Below, piece after piece: positions 51,780 through 63,265 of a stretch of DNA of 64,000 nucleotides. Within the stretch, counting starts at the first letter, position 1; every line of letters begins with the position of its first letter. The position numbers and the translations under genes were made by a program. The stretch covers positions 42,500 to 106,499 of the forward strand of contig CAWDOY010000005.1 of NCBI GenBank assembly GCA_963803975.1, read 5' to 3'. Below the pieces are notes generated by a model, which saw only the letters and a list, made by a program, of their open reading frames with translations, searched no databases and was not told the origin of the DNA. Origin of the DNA: an uncultured delta proteobacterium (GTDB lineage Bacteria > Desulfobacterota > WTBG01 > CAIYCZ01).

Positions 51780-52476
51780 AAAAAGCAATTACAAAACAAA
51801 GCATAAACCAATATATGACATTGAACATATTGGTAATGCTTACCACGAAGAATTTAAAAAATACGGTTATAGCCTTGCTTCAATAATGATTCCCAAAGGC
51901 GCATCAGATGCACGCTTTAAGGCAAAATTTGATATAGGGGATTTAGCTGGATGCAAAATTCTTGATGTCGGATGTGGTTTTGGTCATATGCTGGATTACC
52001 TGCAAGCGTGGGGCATCACTGCTCAATACACTGGCGTAGATATCTGTCCAGCTTTTATTGAGATTGCTAAAAGGCGGCACCCAGAAGCTGATTTTCGCCT
52101 GCTGGATATACTTAATAGCAACATTAAAGAGAAATGGGACTGGGTCTTTCTTGTTGGTGCTTTTAATGTGGCACCGAAAAAACAGCGGTGGTGGCCATAT
52201 GTTCAAGCTATGATTACACGAATGTATGACCTCTGCAGGAAGGGGATAGCGGTTGATTTTCTCAGCTCATATGTTGATTTCCGGAAAGAAAAGGCATTTC
52301 ACGCGCAACCGGAAAGGGTCTTTTCATTTGCAAAAAACCTCACCCGGCGCGTAGCGCTCCGGCATGATTATATGGCCTATGAATTTACCCTATACCTCTA
52401 TAAGGATCAGGCAGTAACAAGTAATCATATCTTTGCAGATTTTAAAAAAACTGTTCCTTCAGAACTAAAACTATGA
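51766..52476 (+). CDS. Class I SAM-dependent methyltransferase
   Basis: ILDVGCGFG, YTGVDI, HDY..YEFT.Y. Confidence 0.85.
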   Translation: MPHNKKSNYKTKHKPIYDIEHIGNAYHEEFKKYGYSLASIMIPKGASDARFKAKFDIGDLAGCKILDVGCGFGHMLDYLQAWGITAQYTGVDICPAFIEIAKRRHPEADFRLLDILNSNIKEKWDWVFLVGAFNVAPKKQRWWPYVQAMITRMYDLCRKGIAVDFLSSYVDFRKEKAFHAQPERVFSFAKNLTRRVALRHDYMAYEFTLYLYKDQAVTSNHIFADFKKTVPSELKL

Positions 52477-52534
52477 AAGCAATTTTATACATCTCTTTAA
52501 TAGGCAGGATGGCAATAGGTAAGGGAAACCAATC

Positions 52535-53541
52535 GTGCTGATTTCTGTAATTCTCCCCGCATATAATGAGCAGGGAAATCTCGCCTTACTATTTAAGCGT
52601 TTGACCCAAGTAGCTGCACAGCTACCCACCTATGATTTTGAATTTGTATTTATTGATGACTGTTCGTCAGATGAAACACCCGCCATATTGAATGATCATA
52701 GAAAAGAAGACTCAAGAGTTCACATCATTCGGTTTGCAAGAAATTGCGGCAGTCATGCAGCAGTTGAAGCAGGATTAAATTTCTGCAGGGGTGATGCGGC
52801 AATAATGCTGGCAACAGACCTTCAGGACCCTCCTGAGATCATACCGCGACTCATCGAGCAGTGGCAAAAGGGATTTAAAACAGTTTGGGGCGCAGAGAGA
52901 AACGGGAAGGCGAGGGCTTCATGACGGTTGCCTATTCACGAGCCTATTATTTTATCATGAATCGTCTGACCGATGTAAAACAGCCGCCGACCGGAGCAGA
53001 TGTCTTTTTGATTGATCGGGCAGTAATTGATGCCTTAAAAAAATCGCCTGAGAAGAACTCGGAAATCTACATGCTGATAGCGTGGCTGGGCTTTTCACAG
53101 TGCAGTATTATGTATGTTAAAGGAGGGAGGTATGCGGGATATTCAAAGTGGAGCTTCTCTAAACTGATCAAATTGTCTTTTGATTCACTTATTTCTTTTA
53201 GTTATCTTCCATTACGGTTTATGACCATAATGGGCGCTATTTTTGCGTTGGCCGGGTTAATATACGGTGTTTGCGTATTCATTAACGCGCTGCGTGATAA
53301 TACGCCTATTCAGGGATGGGCGTCTTTAATGATCGCAATATTATTGTTAGGTGGCTTCCAAATGAGCATGATGGGCATATTAGGTGAATATCTTTGGAGA
53401 ACGTATGATGAGACGCGTGGGCGACCAAAGTATGTGATAGAAAAAAATACACTATTAGAGAGTAAACGCATAAAAAAAAGTGAAAAAAAATTCTTATTAA
53501 CCGTCGATTTGATATTGCGGGATATGGTGGAGTATCGATAG
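52535..53541 (+). CDS. GtrB/CsbB/ArnC-like polyprenol-phosphate glycosyltransferase (GT2); frameshift near 52890
   Basis: SVILPAYNE, DDCSSD, RNCG, DLQDPP, two C-terminal TMs, GILGEYLWR...RP.Y. Confidence 0.88.
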
Positions 53542-53594
53542 TAAAAATAAATTAATATTATTAATTTTATTGAAAAGGAAATCAATTATTGCAT

Positions 53595-54224
53595 ATGAAA
53601 AAATTTACTCCCTTATATAAATATGACGCTGAAATGGCAAAATTTGAATATGATGAAATATCGTTTGATAAATGTGTAAGATTTATTGACAACAGATATC
53701 CGGCTCAATGCAAAACCTGGTGGCCGAGTTTCTTTCCGGCAGCAATTGGTTTTTTAACTTCTGGTACATTGAATGACCCTAATATTATGACCATATCGAG
53801 TATGGCGGTTATGTGTAGAGATCCCTTGCTCATTGGAATGCCTGTATACTATGATGATAAAAGGAAATCAGGAAGATATAGTATGGAATTAATAAATAAA
53901 AATAGGGAATTTTGTTGCTGCATTCCTTTTATTTCTAATGAAATGACTTTTGCCTGTCAAGTGTGTGGTACATATTCTGGGCGAAATAAAAATATAAATA
54001 AATTTCAAGAAGCTAAACTAACACCGCTTCCATCAAAAAAAATATCTTCTCCCATAATTAAAGAATGCCCGTTGAATTTTGAGTGTACGCTAAAAGATAA
54101 AATTGCACTGGGGTGTCATACATGGATAATTGGAACCGTGGAAGTCGTTCATCTAAATAAAGATATTGTAGATGCAGGCTCTTATTTATTTTGGAAAAGC
54201 CTTCCTGAATATATAAAAAAATAA
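53595..54224 (+). CDS. Flavin reductase-like protein
   Basis: PNIMT, EFCCCIP, CGTYSGR, P.IKECPLNFEC, HTWIIG.V. Confidence 0.8.
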   Translation: MKKFTPLYKYDAEMAKFEYDEISFDKCVRFIDNRYPAQCKTWWPSFFPAAIGFLTSGTLNDPNIMTISSMAVMCRDPLLIGMPVYYDDKRKSGRYSMELINKNREFCCCIPFISNEMTFACQVCGTYSGRNKNINKFQEAKLTPLPSKKISSPIIKECPLNFECTLKDKIALGCHTWIIGTVEVVHLNKDIVDAGSYLFWKSLPEYIKK

Positions 54225-54488
54225 ATTAGCAATAACAATATCTCGTGCCATCTGGGAGAGTAATCACCATTGATCCTTGTTTTGAAGTATGTCAGTCAAA
54301 ATTAGTACGGTTTATATTTTCCCGAGATAGAGGGAAATTCATCCGAACCCGTGACGAATATTTAAAATTATCTTCACCGTTTCTTCTTTCTACAGCAACT
54401 ATTCGACACGATTTAATCAACTTACCGTTTACCCATATAATTATGGAGTGCTACAATCCAACAATATAATATATCTTCCTTCCATAAA

Positions 54489-56751
54489 TTGACGTCCTTC
54501 ATCGGATTTATTTTCTTTTTTTCTGGGTTCGCTAGCCTGATTTATCAGGTGGTATGGCAGCGGCTTCTAACGCTCCACTATGGCGTCGGTTCCATTTCAA
54601 TAACGCTGATCGTCAGCGTCTATATGTTCGGACTTGGCTTCGGTGCACTCATCGGGGGATATCTTGCCGAGAGAATCAGAAAAAAAGTTCTGTTGTATTT
54701 TATCGTTGAGGCAGCGCTGGGCCTCTTCGGTCTTGGCAGCCTCTCTTTTCTTGATGTGCTCGGCAGATATACTGCCGGAACCAGCTATACGGTCTCTCTG
54801 CTCTGTCTTGTATTGTTCCTCAGCCTGCCCACACTGCTCATGGGCATTACCCTCCCCTTGCTGACTAAAATATTCAATGGCGTAATTAGGGATTTTTTTC
54901 ACAGTATCAGCCTTCTGTATTTCATCAACACGCTCGGGGCAGCCATAGGCGCCCTGTTTGCCAGCTATATTGCAATAACATTCTGGGGGCTGGATGGCGC
55001 AATTTACTGCGCTGTTTTTATTAATATTCTGCTTGCCCTCGCCATTGTTGCTTTATCCCGGCTTATCATTGATAGAATACCAGGTTATTTCGCCAACAGA
55101 GCAGCTTGACGCAGAGGCGGGTGAATTCGGGCGGTGGGCTTATCTGTGTGTTTTTATAACTGGCTTTCTGGCAATAGGTTATGAAATTGTGTGGTTCCGG
55201 GTCATCGGGGTGCTGGTTAAATCTTCCCCCTACAGTTTTTCCTCGATGTTATTCATGTACCTTGCCGGCATCGCTCTGGGAAGCTACGCAATGGAAAAAT
55301 ATATTCGCCAGCGCCAGCGCATAAATAAGCGGGCATTATTTTTTCGCGTGCAATTTCTTATCGGCGTTTATGTAATAGTGACTTTTATCGCATATTATTA
55401 TTTAACGCTGCATACACCCCTTGGCAAGCTGACCGCCAGGTCTTTTGGAGCACCACTGCACCCCCCTCTTGAGCTTCCCTCCTCCTGCCCTTATATTTTC
55501 TTCTGTAAGTAATTTTTTGCAATCAATGTTCTCAGTGCTGGATATATTTTTCTGGCCAGGTGTTTTTATTTTTGTACCGACAGTACTCATGGGTGCGAGT
55601 TTCCCTCTCATATCGTACCTTGGATTAACACGTCAGGATCAGGAGGGGAAGACGGTAGGAACGGTCTATTTTTTTAATGTGGCGGGAAACCTTTTGGGTG
55701 GCATAGTTACCGGCTTCATTCTGCTTCCCCTGATAGGTTCGGAGCTCTCCCTTCTTTTCTTTTCCCTGATCGGAATTACTTTTATTCTATTCAAAGGGAA
55801 CGCTTTTATTCCTAAAAACATAGTATTAGTGCTTGTGTGCTGCGTGTTTTCAATCTGCTTTCTTCCCGCGCTCAGGCAGAACTTTACCGGGCAATACATA
55901 CCGCGCCAGGGCCGGACTATAGCACTTATTTTGAGGAAGGTGTTGATGGGGTTATTATGACGTATATAAAGGATGATCGCGTCATTAACTACATAAATGG
56001 TGTGATGCACGGCCTGCGGCCGGGGTATTCATTTTATGTCGAAACGATTATCACTTCCAGCCATGTACAATACCCCAAAAATGTTCTTATTATAGGGTAT
56101 GGGACCGGATCTATTGTTGAAGCGCTTTTGCTTGATCCCGGGATAGAACACATAACCCTCGTTGAAATAAATAAAGCATTGATTGCGAATCTTTCGAAAA
56201 ACCCTTTTTTCGAGCACATGCTCTCCGACAGAAGGATTGAGCTGATTTTTGACGACGGCCGTCGCTACCTGCAAAGGACTGAAGAGAAATTTGATATTAT
56301 AATGATTGATCCCTTACACTCCACCACCGCCTATAGCAACAATCTATATTCGAGCCAGTTTTTTGCGCTGGCTCGAGACCACCTCAATCAGGCAGGAATT
56401 CTGTGTGTCTGGATGGATGAACATAATGTTATGCCCAAAACAATAGCGACCGTGTTTAATTATGTAAATATGTATGCATTAGGCTGGACAGATTCATTCT
56501 GCCTCGCCTCAAGCATGCCATTACAATATAATGCGCAGAAGGGGAATGCCCTGCTTGAACGTTTTCCTCGGAAATACCGCGAGGGGATTACATCTCTCTG
56601 GTCAACAAATGTTGCAATCATTGCCAATCGTGAACATATTATGCAAGTCACCGCAAACTCATTGACCAACAAAGATTGGGAACCAGTCTGTGAGTATTAT
56701 CTCAGGCCATACGACCGGTGGGCAATGAGACGTGTACAAAATATGCAGTGA
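54489..56751 (+). CDS. Fused membrane/spermidine-synthase-like protein; about three frameshifts
   Basis: FFFSGFASLIYQVVWQR, LMGITLP, YF.NT.GA, YEIVWFR, LMGASFP; SAM domain VLIIGYGTG, VEIN, DDGR.YL, NLYS..FF; four consecutive overlapping ORFs. Confidence 0.85.
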
Positions 56752-56882
56752 GTGGTAAGTTCTTCTTTGTTGACCATTTTCATGACCTCTAACTCGCGCC
56801 TTCAAAATAATCAAAGCGCTTCACACTGAAAATTCGAACTGAATAGCAATTTTTTTAAACGGCACAGCAAGGTGGTGGTTAC

Positions 56883-57893
56883 TTGGAAAACCCGATTTCA
56901 ACAGGGCGTTACCCTGAAAAAAACCGGCCCAGACAAAGGCGTAACAGGATCTTTACACTCCTGAAAATAGCCATTGGACTGGGATTGATAATCCTGCTGA
57001 TTATATCAGGGCGCCTTAATCTGGGGGTGATATTTGTCGTGTATCGTCATCCCGCTTATTTTATTGCCGGCATACTGTGCTGCATCGGCGCCTTCCTCCT
57101 CCCCATATACCGCTGGTGGATTCTGGCGCGCATACAAAAACTTCCTATCAGCGGATTTGATGCTCTGCGCCTTACCATGATCGGCTATTTTTTCAACACG
57201 TTTATTCCCGGCAGCAGCGGCGGCGATATTATCCGTGCTGCTTATACTATTAAATCCTGCTCTGAAAAGAAACCCCATGTTGTTACCGTTGCTTTTGCCG
57301 ACCGGGCGCTGGGACTTCATGCCCTTTTAATAATATCTGCTGCAGCCCTGTTACTGCAGCCTGCCCTCTTCAGTCATGTACCCGGAATACAGCGGTGGAC
57401 TGGCATGATAACCGGCTTGATTATTGCCGGCATTGTTTTGCCTTTCTGGTTTTTAAGGAAGGGGGCCGACTCCGTTGTGATCCGGCTGTGCGGGAAAATG
57501 GTTGGTGGCGCTGAGGCATGGCATAACGCTTTACAACTCTACCGGCAACAGCCCGGTATGGTTTGCCTTGCATATCTTTGTTCTGTTGCCAATGTGATGC
57601 TTAGTATGTTTCTTATCCACTTTATGATGCTTGCAAGCGGTGCGAACCCCGGTGTCCTTGAGAGCCTTGTTGTTGCCCCTCTGGTGATTCTTGTAAATTC
57701 TCTGCCCATAACACCCGGGGGGCTGGGCATTGCCGAGGCTGCCAGTGCCAGTCTCTATAATTTAGTGGGGCAAGCAGGAGGAGCAAACGGTATGATGCTG
57801 GCCCGGCTTATTATTATAATGTTCTCATTAATGGGCCTGCCGTTTTTTCTTTTGAGCAGAAGCTCGTCACGCACTCTGGTAAAACCCCAATAA
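56883..57893 (+). CDS. Lysylphosphatidylglycerol-synthase-TM / flippase-like membrane protein (UPF0104-like)
   Basis: YRW, FFNTFIPGSSGGDIIRA, DR, PITPGGLGIAE. Confidence 0.85.
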   Translation: MENPISTGRYPEKNRPRQRRNRIFTLLKIAIGLGLIILLIISGRLNLGVIFVVYRHPAYFIAGILCCIGAFLLPIYRWWILARIQKLPISGFDALRLTMIGYFFNTFIPGSSGGDIIRAAYTIKSCSEKKPHVVTVAFADRALGLHALLIISAAALLLQPALFSHVPGIQRWTGMITGLIIAGIVLPFWFLRKGADSVVIRLCGKMVGGAEAWHNALQLYRQQPGMVCLAYLCSVANVMLSMFLIHFMMLASGANPGVLESLVVAPLVILVNSLPITPGGLGIAEAASASLYNLVGQAGGANGMMLARLIIIMFSLMGLPFFLLSRSSSRTLVKPQ

Positions 57894-58154
57894 GCACCTT
57901 CATAGGATTAATTCATTTTTTTTGTTTCACAATTATTGCTTTCGAATCCAATTTTTTTACTCTCTAATATATTTCATTGTCTCAGCGTTGTTGCCGGTTG
58001 CAATTTTTCTAATGCGCATGGAATTTTGAATCCTCAATTACCGAGATAAAAATCTCTATCCGGTTATCCTTAAAATGATATAATTACATCCTATGTTCCA
58101 ATAATGTCCAACAAGGCTTAACCTATTCCTGGGCTTTTCTTGGTGGTGCCTGAG

Positions 58155-59786
58155 ATGATTAATAAAATAAAAAGAATCTTTAAAGAAACTCAGATTATGG
58201 CTCTGCTTGGTATTCTATTAATTGGCAGTATTTTTCGGCTACTGCTTGCCTATAAAATGCCATTCATGGGTGACGAGTGTGGGACAATGGTGAATATCTG
58301 TTATTCCCCTAAATATATTCTTACTCACTTCCACTTCTGGTTGACAATGAACTGGTATATCCTTCTTATAAAGATGATCGCCGAATTTTTTGGCGAAGGG
58401 CTCGTATCTATTCGATTTCTTTCTATCATTAGCGGGGTAGGAGCAATTGTATTAACTGGCTTAATATCTAAGCGATTATTCCCAAAGGCTAACTGGTTGC
58501 TGCCTGCAGCATTGGTATCGCTTAACCCCTACCTGATCTCTTTTAGTGCGATTGCTCGAGTTTATGCTGTATTTACTTTCTGTGCACTTTTACTCTGGCT
58601 GCTTTATCTTATATGGCTTGATAATCCAAGTTGGAGTAATAGTTTCAGTCTTTCTTTATGCTCCCTGTTTTTGATAATGCTCAATTTAAATGGTATCTTC
58701 ATTTTATTATGGCTGTCGGTACTTATTTTAATAGAAATTCTTCGGAACATATATGCTGCAAAAAGATCTAATCTGCTCTGGATGGGAATTAAACGCCTTT
58801 GTATCCCCTTGGCCTTTTGTATGATTTGCGCTGGACTTTTTTATTATCAGCTGTTGGGAGAGATACGGCAATATTCAAAGGAATGGACAGTCAATGAAGT
58901 TTCTTCAATCTCATATGTACCCGTTGCTGTAATTCAATACTTTGGAACAAAACCGGTTGCCGCGCTATTTCTTATTTTCATGTTGATTGGAGCAATACAG
59001 ATCTTTCGTTGGGACCGATATAAGTGCTTATCGCTTTTCCTGTGGATTGTTTTGCCCATTATTACAGCCGCTGTCCTGGGGTATTCTTTTAAATCCTGGG
59101 ATTATGCCCGTTTTTTTCTCTTTGTTTTGCCGGGAATACTTATATTCAGTTCTATAGGTATTGATACAATAGTTTCATTATTAGGGAAAAGAATATACAA
59201 ATTTGCTATCTCGCTGGTAATTTTATCTTTATTTCTTGCGTGGATGCCTGAAATTAAGAAACAGTATGAGCAGGCAAATTTGTTCCCCTTTAATAAAGTT
59301 TTTGAATATATATCAGAACATTCTCGCGATAATGACAGGATTGTCAGTCTGGATCCATATTCGTCTCTTCATCTTTTTCCCTATTTGAGCTGCGATGAGC
59401 GTGCAGCAGTTGAGCAGGCAATAGCTACCCGAGAAATATTCCTGCGCTCTGCCGTCCTTGATTTGCTGAAAGATACTGAAAGAGGTCGAGTGTTCCTCGT
59501 TTCATCCTACAACATTATCCCGACATTCAATCTGGAAACAATAACTTTGGGCGACATCAGGGTTTCCATTCTCACCCCAGAAGGAAAAGCAGAAAGATAT
59601 ACAAGACTTCTAAATGGTTATGAAGCAGCAGTAAAGGATATAAAGAAGGATGCCGGCCCTGGAGATGTTTTTTCTATTTATAGAGCCGTTGCTGATTTAG
59701 CAAAATTCCATGGCGATTCAGAAAAGGCGAAACATTATGAATCAATTTTAGATAGTTTTCCTAAAAAGGGGCTGCAAAAAAAGTGA
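58155..59786 (+). CDS. GT-C (PMT/ArnT-like) membrane glycosyltransferase
   Basis: First-loop DE motif (GDE), SIRFLS, NPYL..FS..ARVY, many TMs and a soluble C-terminal tail. Confidence 0.8.
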   Translation: MINKIKRIFKETQIMALLGILLIGSIFRLLLAYKMPFMGDECGTMVNICYSPKYILTHFHFWLTMNWYILLIKMIAEFFGEGLVSIRFLSIISGVGAIVLTGLISKRLFPKANWLLPAALVSLNPYLISFSAIARVYAVFTFCALLLWLLYLIWLDNPSWSNSFSLSLCSLFLIMLNLNGIFILLWLSVLILIEILRNIYAAKRSNLLWMGIKRLCIPLAFCMICAGLFYYQLLGEIRQYSKEWTVNEVSSISYVPVAVIQYFGTKPVAALFLIFMLIGAIQIFRWDRYKCLSLFLWIVLPIITAAVLGYSFKSWDYARFFLFVLPGILIFSSIGIDTIVSLLGKRIYKFAISLVILSLFLAWMPEIKKQYEQANLFPFNKVFEYISEHSRDNDRIVSLDPYSSLHLFPYLSCDERAAVEQAIATREIFLRSAVLDLLKDTERGRVFLVSSYNIIPTFNLETITLGDIRVSILTPEGKAERYTRLLNGYEAAVKDIKKDAGPGDVFSIYRAVADLAKFHGDSEKAKHYESILDSFPKKGLQKK

Positions 59787-59900
59787 GTTACGCCGCCTAC
59801 AAGGCGGGGCATCTAATTTCTTAAAACATTTTTTAAAGCCTCAATGCCTGCCTTCGACAGCAAAATTTTTTCATTCCCGTTTACAAAACGGGGTATTCAA
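59783..59900. mobile_element. Small non-autonomous IS200/IS605-like palindromic element (PATE-like)
   Basis: Two related hairpins with the same ACA loop: CCGCCT-ACA-AGGCGG (59793-59807) and CCCGTTT-ACA-AAACGGG (59876-59892), in IS605-end-like contexts; no ORF between them. Confidence 0.55.
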
Positions 59901-59950
59901 GTTTTGTTTGCATAAAATAAAAAATTCTGATGAATGTTCTCTGGCAGGCT

Positions 59951-62686
59951 CTATTTTGAGAAAATAATAGAGAAAATATTTTTGTTTCTCAAAAGGAATA
60001 AAAAAATTATTATGCTTAACAATGATACCACTATACCGGGAATTAAAAGTGGCGGCATATATTTTAATTCTATCTTATGATAACCTTTATCTAAAAAGAT
60101 CCCCATAAAACCTATATTTACTTTCTCAATTGGTACCTCATTGCCATCTACAACTGCATGCCATCCTTTGTCGTAAGGTATAGAGAAAAACAACAACTTG
60201 CTTTTATCTAACGAAATGTCTCCCGAAAAATAACTGTTCGTATATGATGTTATATTCAATACGATTTTTTTTTAATTCATAAATATCATTAAAATAAGGT
60301 GTTATGTTTTCGATAGTCCGAGCTCTTGCAGAAATATTTTTAATTATTGGTGCCTCATCTTTTTTACCCTCTATTACTAAGCGAAACGCCAAAATTTCAT
60401 ATGGATTTAAATTAAACCGGTAAAAATTATTAAAATTATACGTTTTTTCCCCATTGATTATTTCAATTTCAGATGAGTTTTCCTCGCAAAATTCTTTAGT
60501 TTTTGTTTTCCAATAAATTTTCCCCATTGTATCTTTGGTGCTCTTTAAAATTATATTTAAACTCGTATTTGAATTAAAATTATAATTATCATTGTTTTTT
60601 AATATTATATTAAAAATATTTTTATTATTATTTAATATATTATTATAATTATATTTTATTTTTAAATATTCATCTTTTGTTTTTAGATAATTATTTAAAG
60701 AATTAAAAATATTTTCATAATTTTTTAGTTTAATATTATCTTCATGAGCAACAAAACCTTTTAATAAAGCCTCATCTTTCTGATATGTTTCCAGTTTGGC
60801 AAAATCTTTAAAATAAATAAAGTTATCATATGTAAATCCTAATGGAAGAAAATATTTATTTTTGAACAGATCAACGTCTCCAAAACTTTTGATATATTCA
60901 TATCCATAGGGAATTGAATCATTCTTTTTTGCCAAATAATATTTTACGCAGGCTAATGTTTGTATATTATATCTATAATGAAAGCCTGGAAAGATCCCAA
61001 CAAAATCGCCTATTAGAAAAACACCGTCAACATTTTTTATAAAATTAATATAACTGGAATTAGGTAACGAAGCATAATAAGTAAGACCATTGTACCCTTG
61101 CATCAATGAATCACTTAGAAATACAGAAAAATAACTTTTATCGATTCTGTAAAAACTATTATCTATAGTATTAATATGGGATATTGCATCGTTCGAATAA
61201 TCATAATAACCGGTTTTCTTTGTTAAATAAATAGGTTTTATATTATCTCTATTGTTTATTGTTTTATTTGAAAATAATATTAATTCAAAACAAATAACCA
61301 TCAATATAATTATTTTATTTTTTATAATATTTATTAACTTTAATTAAATTAAATAATAAAAAATATATTAATAAAAATATAAATATTAATTTTAAATTAT
61401 TTATATTATTATGATAATTTAATTCATTTAAATAAAATATATATTTATTGATATATATTGATGTAATTAATATTGATATTAAAAATAATGATGTATATAA
61501 TAATAAATTAATATTTATATATTTTTTTGTAACTATAAAATCTAATGATTTAACAATTAAGAAATATAATAAATATAATTACAATAAATGTCCATCTAAT
61601 GTAATGTGCATTAAAACCATTAAGAACAAAATTAAAAAATGGAAATAATAGTAAAATTAAAAAATTAAAATAAATATAAAATAAATTATTTTATCTTTTT
61701 TAGCATAAAAATTGAAATAGTTGCGGCACTAAAAGCATTGATATTAGACCAGTATATAATATTGGATAGGTAAATTGATTATTCCAGTTTTTAGGATCAT
61801 ACAGATCACCAAATAAAACCAATTCATTTGAAAAAAATCTATAAATTAAAGAAATATAATAAGTTAAATTATATAATTTAAAAATATCAATAGAAATATG
61901 TACCTTAAAATTAATTCTTGTGCTATTTAAATAATTATATAGTGACGGCAGAAATACAAATGATGAAATTCCAATCGAAAAAATATACAATAAAATAAAT
62001 TTATAATAAAAAATAATTATTTTTTTAATATTAAATTTATATATTAAAATATATCTAAATAAAGAATATATTGTTAAATAAACTAAAATTTGATATGTAA
62101 AATATATGCTAAAAATATTTATAAATGCTAATGACAAAACAAGTGGTGGCCATTTATTATCAATTAATAAGCATTCCAATGAATACAAGACTAAAGGCAA
62201 GAATACCATCATTGAGGCATAGTGGAATTCAGCAGTACCATTGAAAATTGTATATCCATTAAATGCATAAAGAAGTGAGCCTATAATTTTAGCGTAATTA
62301 CCTATATTCAATTTTGACAAATAAAAATAAAAAAATATTCCTGATAATAAAATTTTTAAAATAGCTAAATAACCAAAAGAATATAATATATTTTTTTTAT
62401 TAAAAAATAAGTAAAATATATTAAATGGGTCAAAAATAATTTCCTGTGTTGCAAACCGGCTATTTCCCAACCCTTCTTTGAATGACCAAAATCTTAAATT
62501 TCCATTTTTAATTTCATCTATTAAATTGGTATATCGCGGCAAGGCACTGTAAAGTGTATCGTTACCAACGTCAGTAAATATATAAAATTTATCAAATGAT
62601 AGAAAATCAAAAAATAAATATATTGATATAGCTAATATTAATATATTAAGATATATTAAATTTAAATTAATTTTAATTATTTTCAT
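59951..62686 (-). CDS. Extremely AT-rich YfhO-family GT-C-type membrane protein; at least two frameshifts
   Basis: D.GNDT, WSF..GLG, FDPFN, YAFNGY; YRIDK, NKYFLPLGFTY; C-terminal SIPYDKGW.A.VDG...N.GF.G..L..G.H.I...Y.PP. Confidence 0.85.
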
Positions 62687-62820
62687 TTAATTATCAATAA
62701 TTGTTTTATTATGCCAAGGTATTTATGAATTACTAACCTTTTTCTATATTAGTGCCTAACAACCTCCAGCAGGAAGTGGGGCAAATCGCGCATCCCGCAT
62801 AATCCTCATCATAAATAAAA

Positions 62821-62980
62821 TCTGCTTCTACTACCGTCCTTCCTCCTTCTGTGACCAGTTTTACTGCCTCATACTTGAATACTCGATCATACCTCCGTCT
62901 CTTTTCTTCCACGACACACCTCCCTGCTATTGCTATCGCTGTCTCTTTTCGGTGTGTCTACTGTTTGGGGGAAAGTTTAC
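62821..62980 (-). mobile_element. IS3-family left-end remnant (IRL, RBS and about 30 codons of OrfA)
   Basis: Minus strand AACTTTCCCCCAAACAGTAGACAC IRL-like end; GGAGG RBS; GTG at 62912 gives MEEKRRRYDRVFKYEAVKLVTEGGRTVVEA, then similarity stops. Confidence 0.8.
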
Positions 62981-63265
62981 TATCACATTAAAAACATAGC
63001 AGAAATTCGATTGGAATTGAAATATTTTTTACACAAGATTTACAGTCGATATTTGCGTTCTATTTCTGTTGTTCACTTAATTTATTTCGCAAACTTCTAT
63101 GCGTGTCAAAAAATGGCAGGCAAAGAAAACCTCATACAAATCAAAATATCGACCATTCACAGTAAACTGCAAAAACGGCAGCACAGATACAAAAAAAAAT
63201 GGCACGAGAATTCTATATATGATAAATATTATCAAGTTTATTAACAATATTGTGGAGTATCAGTA

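Noticed and set aside
54245..54469. 74-aa ORF between the flavin reductase and SpeE-like genes
   Set aside because: No RBS or motif; cannot be supported as a gene
63200..63216. Sigma54 promoter TGGCACG-N4-TTCT
   Set aside because: Lacks the conserved -12 GC
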